A stretch of DNA of 42,294 bases, from assembly GCA_900617105.1 (NCBI GenBank), contig UYFQ01000532.1, positions 1 to 42,294 of the forward strand. The letters run 5' to 3'. Below the pieces are notes generated by a model that was not told the DNA's origin, did not search any database, and saw nothing but the letters and a program-made list of their open reading frames with translations. The position numbers and the translations under genes were made by a program. This DNA comes from Hydrurus foetidus. Lineage: Eukaryota. Positions 1-41,079 of this stretch are shown here, piece after piece; the first letter of the stretch is position 1, and each line of letters begins with the position of its first letter.

Positions 1-294
1 AATCGTTCTGTTTGTAATTAGAATGCTGCTGCGAATCTATCATACTACAAGACATTAAGATCGAGATTAAACTACACTCCATCTAATACCCAGTACAGTT
101 AGCGTAAGGAATACGCAGAGTAGTACAGCGCAGTACGATGTCAAGTCAATGCATAACAGTGCAGCGCAGCACGGTTTCATGTAGCGTGATGTTGCGCAAT
201 AGAGTACATTACAATTCAGTATTGCACAATCCAGTGTTGTACAGTGTAGTACAGTGCAGTGTCGTACAATTCAATTCAATGCAGTGTGGTATAG

Positions 295-364
295 ATCAAA
301 TCAAATCAAATCAAATCAAATCAAATCAAATCAAATCAAATCAAATCAAATCAAATCAAATCAA
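295..364. repeat. (ATCAA)n pentanucleotide microsatellite in a dynein intron
   Basis: About 14 perfect copies, next to degenerate (CAGTG/CAATG) repeats. Confidence 0.95.
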
Positions 365-401
365 CACAATGCAATGCATTGCAGTGTAGTTCAGTACGCA
401 C

Positions 402-29565
<29,164 letters not shown>

Positions 29566-30365
29566 AGTGATTCTGTTCCTATTTCCCCAACGAAGAGCTT
29601 ATAATACTCCGCCTTGTATCCACATCAAGATTAAAGTACACTTCAGCTCAGATTCCTCAGAACAGACAATCAGAAAAACCCTACTCCATGCTTGGGAAAC
29701 TGAAGATGCGTTGCCAAGGTGAAGTCGAAGTTATATAGTTACTGTTGTTTCAGTTCGAAGGGGCTAGCAGCAAAAACCGTGTACGTGCAGGTCAGATTCA
29801 AAAGCGAAACTGTCGCTCTAGCCAACTGCGGACGAGGCATAACTGCTTTTCGTTTTCATTTTGAATAGAAAGTGATAGACAATTATAGTCAGGATCTATT
29901 CATAAAACCTCAACTTAAAAGCGAGTTGGCATTTCTTTATCATATTTTTTATCAAATTTTCGATCTGATGAAAGTATAACGGCATTTTGACTGAATCGAA
30001 TACTGACTACTTACAGAGAACAGTAGTAAAGGGAATGCTTGGTAGGCTGTAGCAAAGTTTTTCTTTGGTGAATTTTTTAAAGGAGCAACCGCACAATAGA
30101 AACTAAACATCCGAAAGAGAAGAAAACAGAAAACACACCCAGAAAGTTTAGGTAGTACATTCCTGAAATTAAGTTCACCTTTTACAGTGTGGGTTGGGTT
30201 CGTTCGGATTGGGATTATAAAGTTCGAGTTCGATTTTGATTTAGTTGTCACTTTGTCGAACACCCTTCTAAAAGCAGTTGTTATCACTTTACTTATCATC
30301 ATCCTGTGACAAGGACTAAAAAAGTATTTGCTGCGTTAAAAGGCCTCTGTTGTCTCTCAAATATA
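29566..30365. promoter_or_regulatory. Divergent intergenic region (800 bp) between dynein HC and RPN3; putative bidirectional promoter plus 5' UTRs
   Basis: ATGs at 29565 (minus) and 30366 (plus) face away from each other; no specific element identified. Confidence 0.5.
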
Positions 30366-33300
30366 ATGGCTGCTGAAGGTAGCATAGTCAAAATGGAAGT
30401 TGTCGAAGTTATCGTTGCGCCTACTTCGAGCAAAACAGTGTCCTTCTCAGGTCTGTATCGGTGACTCCAGTGTCAATGATAATTCTCTTCAAGTTTCACA
30501 GCACATTTATTCCGTTCCGCAAACTAATGCTGCGGCCGACTCGACAGATATTTCCAAGACCATTTCATACATAAGTCGGGGAGTCGAACTGAACCAACCT
30601 CGTCTCATTCAGCGTGCCATTCGTCAGGTGCATAAGAAATAGCAAACTGACATCATGAATCCCTGCTTTAGATAACTTACAAAACTTCATAATAATGTGA
30701 TCATACGATTGATCAGAATGCCGTAATCGATTAATGACCAGTATTCCTGATTTTTTTCATAAAATACTATTCCATGTTAGAATGCAAATGTGAGGAAATT
30801 TTGCACTCCTGCACAGCTGAGGGACGTTGTGCAGAAGTTTGTGCCTTCATCATCGCCAATGCACGATGTCATGTTGCAATTTATTGAGAAGCTACCGAAT
30901 CCAGTGATTGAGGAACCTTCTGCGGAGGAAAAAGAAGGTATGTAGTTTCCTATGAATTGTACTCTTACGACTACTATTCTCGCCATCAGTGCTACAGAAC
31001 AAAATTATAAGCGTGTCAATCTATATTTCCCACTAGGGATTGTATTCCTAACGATGTCCTGTCCTGTCCTGTTTTGCTCTGTTCTGTTCTGAATAACATG
31101 CGTCATCAGATATTCCTATGGATGTGGTCGCAGCAGCAGAAGCTGCTATGGAAGCATTGGCCCCTCCTCCCGCAGCTCCAGTGACAGTGTTCCCAGAAGT
31201 GGAGGTAAGTGAAACGCCTGATAGCGAATCACGTTATAATTTTTGCTGAACTGTTGCATTGTACCACCAATAGAAAGGGAGTTTGCTGATTTTGCCTTAT
31301 CTTATCTTATCCTATCTTACCTCACCTCATCTCTCCTTATCCTAACTTATCTTATCCTATCTTATTCGATCTCATCTCATCCTATTTAATCTTATCCTAT
31401 GTGATCTTCGCCATCTCACCAGGTCTTCATATTCACCTCAATTGTGACGTCACTACTGAAAGAGAAACTAGACTCCGATGCAGCTTTTGCCGCAACAGCA
31501 CTTGTAGAACGAATCCGATCGTTCAACAGAAGGTACGAATTGTGAGCTCACAGCCCTTCTAAAGAGTGCGGGCTAGTACTGCACAGTAATGGACTTGAAT
31601 TGTGTGATATTTTGATGATGTGTGATCTTATGCGTGAGGTTGAAGAGTTAATACACGTCACCATGGTGTGGTGACTCTGTTTTAACCCCTTCCCCCCTCA
31701 CTTCACTTCACTTCCCCTCTCTCTTTCATTCATCCATCCTTTCCTTACTCCCCTTGTTCCTTGTCTCTCCTTCCCTTTCCTTCCCCTCCCTTTTCTACGG
31801 CTCCAGATCGCTTGACCTGCTGTCATCCAAGGCCTACTTTTACTTCTCACTAGCATACGAAAGAATTCAAAAACTAGAGAACATTCGACCTACATTGCTG
31901 GCTTTGTACCGTACTGCGTGCGTGCGTAGAGATGAGATGGGACAGGCTGTGCTGCTCAACGCTCTGTTGAGAAACTATCTGCACTACAATTTGGTGGACC
32001 AAGCGCAGACACTGTCTGTAAGGGCCGCGTTTCCTGAGAATGCGAGCAACAATCAGTTCTGCAGGTGCGTACTGCGTGCGTACTTTATTATCATTATTAT
32101 TGTCATTATTATTATCATTATTATTATTATTGTCATTATTGTCGTTAGTACTATTATTTGTTACAGCACAGACTGTGCTATTAGCAATAGTACTTACTCT
32201 GGTATTTGATTTAATTTGTAGTTATATGAAACCATATGACAAGATATGCAGAGAGTTGAAGTTCATATCGCCACTGAGTCCATAACATAACTGCTGTTAT
32301 TCCCGTATTGTGTAGGTACTTGTACTATATGGGCAGAGTGCAGGCCATCCAGTTGGAGTACTCAGAAGCATACCAGGTGCCGTGAACTTTCACGTATCGA
32401 GAGCAATCATTAAACTTTATTAACATTTTGGCAATAGTATTTCGTCAATTATAAGCATATGAACACTACTTCTCATAGAACTTGAAATGGTAAGTAACAG
32501 TCTCGATAAGTCCACGAAGTAATATTAGTATTATTAGTACCCAAGATAGATATAGGAAGAGTGCTATCCATTACATCAACGTCCTTTTCACTCTCATGCA
32601 TTCCATTAACCTGTTCTTTACAGCGTTTGATGATGGCGGTGAGAAAGGCACCTCAAGAGTGCGCACCAGGTAAGAGCTTTTGACCTGTGGGATGAAGAAT
32701 GGACAAACGCACTCATTGAAAAAATGATCGCACAAAACGCAAACAAATGAAGGAGGAAAAGAGGAACTATCTTTTGATATATCTCTTCATAATGAGGACT
32801 ATATGATACATTTCTGAATGCGCTTCTTGACACCGCTGCTGCTAACTTGAATAAGCATCTCATTTAACTGAGTCTCTTTCTTACTATCTTGCGCTTGTTT
32901 TTGTTCGTGTGCTTGTGCGTGTGACCTTGATAGAGTCCACTCGTAGCGTCACAATTATCTGAATCTCCAACTGATATCTCCTCCTTTTCCTTGTGCTCGT
33001 CTTTCTACTGATTGCGGTAGGGTTCACGTGTATGGTGCATCGCTTGGCTGTGCTGGTGCAGCTTCTGATGGGCGACATTCCCGAGAGAAGGTACAACGAC
33101 ATCACATGTCGAACACTACACTGCGCCATGTTGCGTGATTAAAAACACTCTGAAATATCTAGAATCCTATTTTAAAAGTTGTCCTCTTTGTAATCTCACT
33201 ACGTTTTATTTTGTTGTTTCAGTATTTTCAACCAAGTGGAGTTGAGACAAGCTCTCCACCCGTACCTCGTACTCACACAGGTACAACTCAACTCGAATTG

Positions 33301-35243
33301 ATGCGACACGACACTCATGCTATGTCTGTCTATTTACTTCCGCATTATAATTACACCACTCTTCCTGATCACTAGGTCCTCATCAAGAGCTTCTCTAACT
33401 TTAGCCTCAAGTCACTAGTACCTCTTTTTTTCTCTTCACTTCTCTTCTCTCATCTTAACTCTTCTCTCTTCTCTCCTCACACACACTTCACCTCTACGGT
33501 ATAATAGGCCGTGCGTAACGGTAGTATCCAGCGCTTCAACGAGGTGGTGGCCAAGTACGGACCAGCCTTCAAGGCAGACAAGAACCACACGCTGGTACAG
33601 CGCCTGGGACACAATGTGCTCAAGACAGGTGACACAACACAACACGATACGACATGTTATCAAGTCACAACTTATCATGAGTATTGTCATTCCATGCTAG
33701 AAAATGACCGCTGAGAACAATTTACATCACTCAAGAGAATATGCCGCAAGAAAATCCCTTGTTCTTTTAACTCGACAATACCTACCTGTTTGATGTTTGG
33801 ATACATAATTTCGTGGGCATGCAGAGAAGCTAAACAAGTTCCCGACGTTAGTAGTACTTGATTAAGTGGTTGCTGACAAATATTAATTATCAAGTTCAAG
33901 ATCAAGGGACGTGTTCAATTGCTGATCCACGTTTAATCTGGACCTACCACTATACACGACAATTCACACACACTATCCGTACCGTACTGAAATCTGGAAA
34001 CGTACGGTACAGATAGTATGTGTGGATTGTAGTTTATTGGGGTGTGTCCAGATCACAAGTGGATCAGCAGTTAAACACATGCCTTGAGTTCAAGATCTGG
34101 ATTCACAGTCAGAAAGCATAGCTCATAATTTCCCCTCATCATCAACATCCACCGCCAAACTAATTCTCTTCAGGCTTGCGTAAGATTTCTGTGTCTTACT
34201 CCCGCATCTCCCTCTCCGACATCGCTGTCAAGCTGCACCTTCCCTCTGCTACAGCTGCGGAGTACATCTGTGCCAAAGCCATCAGGTGAGAGTAGACTAA
34301 AAAAAGTCCATAGACTATTTGTCAGTGCGTCACTGATAACGTAATCTTCTTTTCTCAAGCGTGTACGGTCTACAACAGAAGCTTCCAATAACATCTCGTA
34401 CACGAAGTCTTTCCATCCTTTTCTACAACTAATTAATTCCTTCTCTTTTGCCTCATCAATCTCTTTCTTCATTTTGTCTTCATTCTCCTTCTCTATATTC
34501 TCTTCATTCCCTTCTCACTATCTTTCTCTTCATTCTGTTTCACTAGGGATGGAGTGATTGAGGCGAGTATCGACCACAGCAACAGCTGGCTGCTCTCTAA
34601 TGAGGTGGTGGATCTCTACTCCACTGAAGAGCCGCAGAAGGCATTCCACAAGTACGTCACACGTGATGTCTGTGACTGTTACGGAAAGAGTAGTCAAGAT
34701 TAGAAATGAGTTGATGATTTTAGCTGCATGTAGTACACAATTTATGTGGTATAAACGTGACTTACTAATCTGGTATCACGCACAGTGTAGTATAGACGAG
34801 AAACAAGTTAATGATTGTAGGTCTATGTGGTGTATTACTGTGACTTAGGAGTACAAATGTTATACACGGGGTAGTGTATATGAGTAAAAAGTTGTCGTAT
34901 GCAGGCTGGGGTTAAGGTTAGCGCACTATGTCACGACGTGCTTCTCAGATAGCAGTATGCTAAGTGAATGCGTTTGCAGTGCAATTGGGTGACATAATGA
35001 CTACTTCTTCCGCACACTCAACTCACCCTCTCCTCTCCTCTTCTCTCCACCATCCCATCCTATTTAACATTACGTTTCAGGCGCATTGCCTTCTGCCTGG
35101 ACGTGCACAACGAGGCGGTGAAGAGCATGAGGTATCCCCCTGACGCCTACAAAAAAGAGTTGGCCCTGGGAGACAAGGATCGAAAAGACGAAAAGACCAT
35201 CGAAGAGCTGATCAAGGAGCTTGAGGAAGAGTACGAAGAGTAG
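30366..35243 (+). CDS. RPN3: 26S proteasome lid subunit RPN3 / PSMD3 (PCI domain)
   Basis: 14 phase-consistent GT-AG exons: 30366-30450, 30548-30627, 30781-30937, 31110-31204, 31423-31532, 31807-32064, 32316-32376, 32624-32669, 33021-33090, 33223-33280, 33508-33628, 34174-34285, 34547-34651, 35081-35243 (TAG). Signature motifs: [106 protein letters not shown]. Confidence 0.95.
31296..31400. repeat. Degenerate (CTTAT/CCTAT/CTCAT)n pentamer repeat in RPN3 intron 4
   Basis: 5-bp periodicity upstream of the acceptor at 31422. Confidence 0.75.
32086..32140. repeat. (ATT)n microsatellite in RPN3 intron 6
   Basis: Visible imperfect trinucleotide array. Confidence 0.85.
33903..34086. mobile_element. 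184-bp foldback MITE in RPN3 intron 11
   Basis: 85-bp inverted arms 33903-33987 and 34002-34086 (16 mismatches by hand, no gaps), 14-bp loop, termini CAAGG...CCTTG, flanked by the direct repeat AGTTCAAGAT (33893-33902, 34087-34096). Confidence 0.88.
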
Positions 35244-35840
35244 AGAGCACGTAACGCTGATATTCGTGTGCAGCTAATTTGATGAGACAGCGTTGTCATA
35301 CGCCGATTGTCCCATTAGATTTGACCAGTGCTCGGATAGTGTAGTATAGTAGGAGTTATGGTCATTCTGATGTCGTTTCTCTGATCGTACGTACGTCACA
35401 CCCCATTGATACGCCAAAAGGGTCCTACTAGGAGGGCTTTGGACAGTTGATAACAGCCCATTAGGCCTCACTATTGCTGTAAAAGTGAGACATCCATTTA
35501 ATACAAACCTCTACTAATCCGATCATTCATTCACAACACGGAAATTTTGAAGAAAACATTATTCCCTATTCCGACCCTCTTTGTCTCCTGTACATCTCCA
35601 CACCATTTGTGTGTGTTCATGACTTACACAAATGAACGACTTTCATAAATACTCTTCATGGATGTAGCGGAAATAAGTAACACTGCGCCAATTTCGATAA
35701 CAAAATCGAGCACTGTTGCTGATGTAACTGGATATAAGCAGCAAATAAGCAACAAAAAACTAATCAAACTCCCTGTTCCCCACACAACTCAAGATATAAA
35801 AATGAAGGGGAGGGTACATTTCAGTGGAGGTACGGTAATA

Positions 35841-37297
35841 TCAGCGAATGGAATAATCATCCGCCAAGAAATGATGTTCGTCACGAGCAGCTTGCAATCT
35901 ATTTCGAAATTTACTCGTCCCAGGCTTCGGAACACCATCTGTTATAGAATCAGTTTTGCTGACTGCATCTCTGCCTTTCACACCTGCATAAGATGAGAAA
36001 GGCATGTCCTCACCATAAGACCTGCTTAGCGGTCCAGATAAGGACTGAGAAGAAGAGGAAGAGTGTGTTCTGGAGATGGACACAGGAGTTGATGATCTCT
36101 CAGTGCTCTTTATCTTCCCTATATTACCTACCCTAGTACTGCTTGAGCTATGCATTGATCTAGATGAACTACTAATGCTGCTGCTGCTGCTATTGTTGGT
36201 ATTACTTCTCATTCGATTGTCAAGAATGTGTGAGTTATCCTGCATACCACCACTACTCCTCGCCCTACAGTCAAGACAAAGAGCATCTGGCTGCTTGAAA
36301 TCTGATCTCTCCTGCATATTTTCAATTCTTATATTCCTGGCACTTGTCTGTGCACTGCGCTGCGTGAGAGTTATTTCTTGATCTGAGATTTTACCTCCAC
36401 ACAATTCACATTCAGGAGATATTCCATCATAATCAGCAGTGCCATATAATTCGTCCACTCTGCTATCTCTGCGTGATAAGGACTTCGTTGGTGTGGATTT
36501 ACTGGACGATCTGTTCGTGACAATAACTTCGCAATCGCTTTCCATGAATGACTCCAGCTGTTTTATTCTCCTAGTGAGATCTGCCTTCTCTTGATCCAAA
36601 ACAGACCGTATCCTATCCACGACCAAGTGAATCCGATCAGAACAAATATATTCTTTGATCTGTGCTGCGAATGCGGAAGGAGAGGAGTCAGCGATCACAT
36701 TCGAATTCTTGGTTCTGAAGTCGCTGCGATCTAAGAATTGTTCTGATACATTTGCAGCCGTAATTCTTGATGAACCGCTCAGTTGAGTAGTTTCCATCCT
36801 GCTGCTATGACCATCGTTACTATACACGCTTCCAGAAGGCATTTCCTTCGATGCTGGCCTATTATTCAATCTGCTGGCTTGTATTGCTGTGACGTGGTTG
36901 TTGATTTTTAAGCTAGGTACCTTCGTTGAGTTGGTTTCTAGTTTCAAGTGAAGATTCAACGCTTTCCTTTGATTGTCTGATATTGAAGTCGAATGTCCTT
37001 TGACCGAATTTTGTTGAGCATCGACGAGCATTCCCTCGCAGACCTCCAATGAATGCATCTCAGTTAAAATCTCTGTGTAAGCTTTGACTTCCTGCCATAA
37101 GTTCTGATAAGGAAAGACGTCAACACGTGGTGATTTGAGACAAAAGAAACAAAACCCTCAACTCAAGAATTACAATGTTGTCTTACCTCGTTATCTTTGA
37201 TTCTTTTGACTCCTATTAGGCCAGCTATCTCTTCAACTTCGGGCTCATTAGCCATGGAAGAAATGATAGTCCACACGCCATCATTAACAGAAGCCAT
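35841..37297 (-). CDS. Two-exon coiled-coil protein, CCDC24-like (tentative), with Ser-rich C-terminus
   Basis: Exon 1 37297-37187 (ATG..GAG|gtaag) and exon 2 37103-35841 (tcag|AAC) are in phase 0, ~457 aa. The N-terminal VWTIISSM..EVEEIAGLIG..NLWQEVKAY and central IHLVVDRIRSVLDQEKADLTRRIKQLESFME resemble, from memory, the two conserved CCDC24 blocks; not verified by search. Confidence 0.7.
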
Positions 37298-37926
37298 AGC
37301 GTTTTCGAATTGAAACAAAGCGATTTTAAAAATTTAAAAGGAGATCATTGGCAGCTCGCTCCAGTTGTTGAGGTCTCACGTTGTTCTCTCTTAAAATGAT
37401 GAATGATCTTAGAATGTAGAAGTGACTGAATGACTGAATGTGTAACGTTTGTTGCAAGTGAAGAGTGAATGAGGAAGCCGGAAATACGGTATATACGGTA
37501 TGTTTTTAATGTTCAGTAAATATGTACGGTCCAGGTTCCCAAAGATTGTCTGGTCCCAGATGAAAGGAAACTAAAAATAAACTCTTAGAGGATACCGGAC
37601 GGTAGTATGGGTTCTCTGGAGCGGCTAGGAGCGAAGGCCGCTGACCGTCGCCGGTCCCCATAGGGACGGGTGCGGAGGGGAATATGTCGGGCAATGGGCG
37701 GGACGGGGACTATGACGATGACAGCTTGGGGTCAACTCACAGCGGGAACGGGTCCCCCTAGTCACCGTTGCGTCAAGTTAGTTTTTCAAATATTTCAAAT
37801 AACTATGCAGCATATTTTCAAATTATTATTTTAGCATGTCTGCGCGTAGTCGACTAGTTTGACTGAGAGTGTCCTCTCATAATTTTTTGATCAGTCCAAG
37901 TCTATCTAGTCTAACACTTTTGATCA

Positions 37927-39552
37927 ATGTCTACTAATGCTTCCTCCGTTGAAACCGGTGGTGTGGTGCTCCCGGCGTACCTGCCGGTCACTGGTGCAAT
38001 GGTGCGCGCTTTGGAGCACGCAGCAGCGATCGCAGCAGGATATTCCGACGATGAGGGCGAGCAATTCGCGATGCAGATGGCATTCTCCGTTGCAGCTGCG
38101 GACGTCCCGGCTAACTCGGTGGTGGTGTTCCCCCTGGACACACCAAAGACGGATGAGGCGCTTAACTTCACGTACATGGCATCGTGCAAGTTGTTGTACT
38201 TCCAGGTTCATGAGAAACCTCAGACCCGCATGACTTACGGTCACTGTGCTAACTACTCGGCGGGTACCGTGGATCGGCCCATCCCGATTGGAGCCCTAGT
38301 GAAGTTTCCCTCCATGAGTCACTACTTGGTCGCTCAACCACGCCTACTGCAAGCCTTCCGCGCGTCGCTAGAGCCTGCGGGTGGGGATGCGATAGGGGAA
38401 AAATCAGTGAAACGTCCCTGTATTCGCCCACTGGAAGGGGGGGGTGAGCAGGCTGAAGACACGGCCAGTAAAACAAAAGGTATGTCCATCGTAGATTTAG
38501 ATGGAGGTGAGCACCCTACACGAAACAAGGCGGAACTCCACCAGCGTGAGAGAGAGCTGTGGTTAACGTACCGCATTATGGACATCGCTAAGCAGTGTTA
38601 CAGTATTCGATCCGATGTCACCCTACAGCCGGACCACTATCGAGGAATGCTATTCGAACAGGGGGACATGCAGGCCGTCGACAGGCATCCCGCGTTCTTA
38701 TCCTGCGGCCTTATGAACCGTATCGAGAAACTACCGGTTCTCGGTGAGATCGGTAAACTCAAACTCTTACTCGTGGGTTCAGTCCTCACAGATAACGGTG
38801 CGCCTACCTTGTGCTTGGAAGATTTCATCTTAGGGGAGAAAGTCACGTGCAAGCCGTCGCCATGCCCATCCAACAACTCGGGCTTGGTGACGGCGTTGAA
38901 GAACGTGCAGATGGTGTTGCAAGTTTGCTTCTCGGATGCTTTCGGGAAGGCTTTGGAGTCATTTATTGACAAATTGGAGGGCGCTAACAGGCCCATGGAG
39001 CTCGTAGCCTCCGACTTTCTAAAGCATTCGGTTCAGTTAAACCTTAGGCGATTCTTTCGTGAGGTTTCAACAGTGAGAGGCCCAGATGTGCAGGCTGGCC
39101 TCTCATTTAAAACTCCAGAGCTCTGTGCAGCCTACCTCACAACTCTTTTTGACAAGCTGGCGGAGGAGCTCTCTAATCACCCTATGATGGTGATGAGAGA
39201 TGCGCACTTTCGACTACGGGTGGTGCGTCCTCTGGTGTTGTTACCGTTGGAGAAGACGCCAGCGAAGAAGGAGGCTGCTGTAGTTAGAGCGGAGAAACCG
39301 GCGGCATCGGCAGTCACTCCTTCCGACAATAGGAAGGAGATTAGCACGAGGCCTTGCGCCGGACATTTGGGGAATTTGCTAGGTGCGGTGAATAAAGACG
39401 GCCGCCTCTATACGTGCAAATTTGGGAAGGACTGTGCCTTCAGGCATATTACAATAGAGGGCAAGTCGAGGCAAAGATTGCTCGACATTGTCGGATCTTT
39501 GACGGCAGTCCCTCGAGCGGACTTGACACGGGCTGTCGTTAAACGCTCTTGA
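37927..39552 (+). CDS. 541-aa intronless gag-like ORF1 with C-terminal CCCH-like motif
   Basis: Uninterrupted ORF in an intron-rich genome; C-terminal PCAGH...YTCKFGKDCAFRH preceded by a Lys/Ala/Pro-rich linker. Confidence 0.6.
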   Translation: MSTNASSVETGGVVLPAYLPVTGAMVRALEHAAAIAAGYSDDEGEQFAMQMAFSVAAADVPANSVVVFPLDTPKTDEALNFTYMASCKLLYFQVHEKPQTRMTYGHCANYSAGTVDRPIPIGALVKFPSMSHYLVAQPRLLQAFRASLEPAGGDAIGEKSVKRPCIRPLEGGGEQAEDTASKTKGMSIVDLDGGEHPTRNKAELHQRERELWLTYRIMDIAKQCYSIRSDVTLQPDHYRGMLFEQGDMQAVDRHPAFLSCGLMNRIEKLPVLGEIGKLKLLLVGSVLTDNGAPTLCLEDFILGEKVTCKPSPCPSNNSGLVTALKNVQMVLQVCFSDAFGKALESFIDKLEGANRPMELVASDFLKHSVQLNLRRFFREVSTVRGPDVQAGLSFKTPELCAAYLTTLFDKLAEELSNHPMMVMRDAHFRLRVVRPLVLLPLEKTPAKKEAAVVRAEKPAASAVTPSDNRKEISTRPCAGHLGNLLGAVNKDGRLYTCKFGKDCAFRHITIEGKSRQRLLDIVGSLTAVPRADLTRAVVKRS

Positions 39553-39945
39553 CTCCCGGAAGCGGTGCCGCCTACCAGCACAGGTTCGTACTGATTGATG
39601 CGATAGCATTGCTCGGGTCGATCCTCTGATCGGCAGCCTGTTGCGTACTCATCTGTTTGCGTGTTGACGATGAGTGTGCGTGATGGTGTTGTGTCAGCGG
39701 CCTCCTTCGACAGTTATGGGGGACGCTGCCGAGAAGTAGACAGTGGTACTGGTTGTTACCTGTCTTGTGTTTAACACTGACGCATGCGGTCGCGTATGTA
39801 TGATCAGCGAAAACGGGGATCCAGGGGTGTCTGGTCCCTCCGCATGCGTAATGAATGATGCATATCGTCGCATGATACCCGTGTTCTGGGCTGTGTTTAT
39901 CATGCGACCGTATCATCGGGCATTCCGCTAAGGCACCTGAGTGCT

Positions 39946-40617
39946 ATGCGATGCCTGCTGTTTAATCCATATTATATGGAGACTCATTTCCCGATCTCGT
40001 TGTCTTATGCAGTTGTGGATTGCACGAGGCATGTGAAGGCATCGAGTCTGACCCAGCGAGAGTCTGGACCGGGAGTCACGAGTGATTCGGGGAAGAGGAT
40101 TGGAGTTGATACGAGCGAGACGGCGCCCGCGATAGGATCGTGGATAGAAGCATGCTTTCCAGGGGACTCGCCCATGAGCAAGATCGGTATAGAGGAACTG
40201 ATAGCAGAGGCTGCGGAGGCTGCACGTAACGACTTCGGTGCGGACTCAGCCAACGAGTGGGCTAATGGATACACGTTTCCACCCGATCTTCTAGCCAGCG
40301 ACGTCCGCTGCCTACGGGCGGCCCAGCTCGACTTCAGGAGCATTGTGGAGCGGCGGTTGAAGATCCTGTCAAAGGACCGCTTGAGTCGGACGAGAGTGAC
40401 CTCTCTCAGTCCAGACAATCCCGAGTTGGCTTTAATGGAAGATTTGGCTGACGGAATGAGGGTCGCCACACCCGAGGGCTTTGCCCCAAACGGTCATCAG
40501 CCACGGTCCCCGCTGCGCGCCTCGTATGAGACGGTGTCGGCCGCCGTAAACAAGATGCTAGGGGCGGTGATCGAGCAACGCTTAGCGTTCATTTTGCCAT
40601 TGGATCTTGCTCAGGCC
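39946..40617 (+). pseudogene. N-terminal fragment of a pol-like ORF2, truncated by LTR insertion
   Basis: LMEDLADGMRV...PNGHQPRSPLRASYETVSAAVNKMLGAVIEQRLAFILP resembles the pre-RT segment of DIRS-like pol; the ORF reads into the LTR at 40618 and stops at 40653. Confidence 0.45.
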
Positions 40618-40879
40618 TGTGGTCTTGGGCGGGGCCTAGGACGTTGGAGCTAAAGTTGGTGGACGGTTGTTGCAAGCGGTGGGCAAGGGAAGCAGGGTTA
40701 GATGGAATAAACTTGTGTTAGTATTTTACAGTTGAGTATCTACAAGTGATGTGTACGCTAAAGTGCATTCACGTCATATGTGGAACTAAGACCTAAAAGT
40801 GGAATCTGGGCGTAATATACCTATTGTACCTAGTTAACCTAGACACATTGTATCCCCTTAGGAATGCAATAAGGCTACA
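40618..40879 (-). repeat. Putative 3' LTR (262 bp)
   Basis: Starts TGTAGCCTT 3 nt after the PPT and ends AAGACCACA (7/9 terminal inverted repeat); the partner LTR is outside the window. Confidence 0.75.
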
Positions 40880-40882
40880 CTA

Positions 40883-40899
40883 CCCCTTCTTCCTTTTTT
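40883..40899 (-). other. Polypurine tract
   Basis: AAAAAAGGAAGAAGGGG immediately upstream of the LTR start. Confidence 0.8.
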
Positions 40900-41079
40900 G
40901 AAGATCTTTGATATGATATACAAAAAAAATGAAAAAAAAGAAAAGATATGTAAAACATATATATGAGATATAGATGAAACGATTATGTCAGACTTTTACT
41001 GACTAAACTCTCCAAAAAAGACCCGTAGGTAAAAAAAATAGGAGAGAATCCTCATGGATAAAGTTTCAAATATATTAAG

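Larger units (their letters stand above)
37540..40617 (+). mobile_element. Probable DIRS/Ngaro-like retroelement, 5' part (left boundary approximate), interrupted by a Gypsy LTR
   Basis: GC-richer, intronless segment with a long ORF ending in a Cys/His finger, followed by an ORF resembling the region just upstream of DIRS-type RT. No RT or tyrosine recombinase core is visible in the window. Confidence 0.45.

Noticed and set aside
29710..29723. X-box-like GTTGCCAAGGTGAA upstream of dynein
   Set aside because: The second half-site is imperfect, and RFX regulation of ciliary genes is established mainly in animals; a single weak match is not evidence.
29952..30302. 116-aa ORF in the divergent intergenic region
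   Set aside because: No recognisable motif or splice structure; likely chance.
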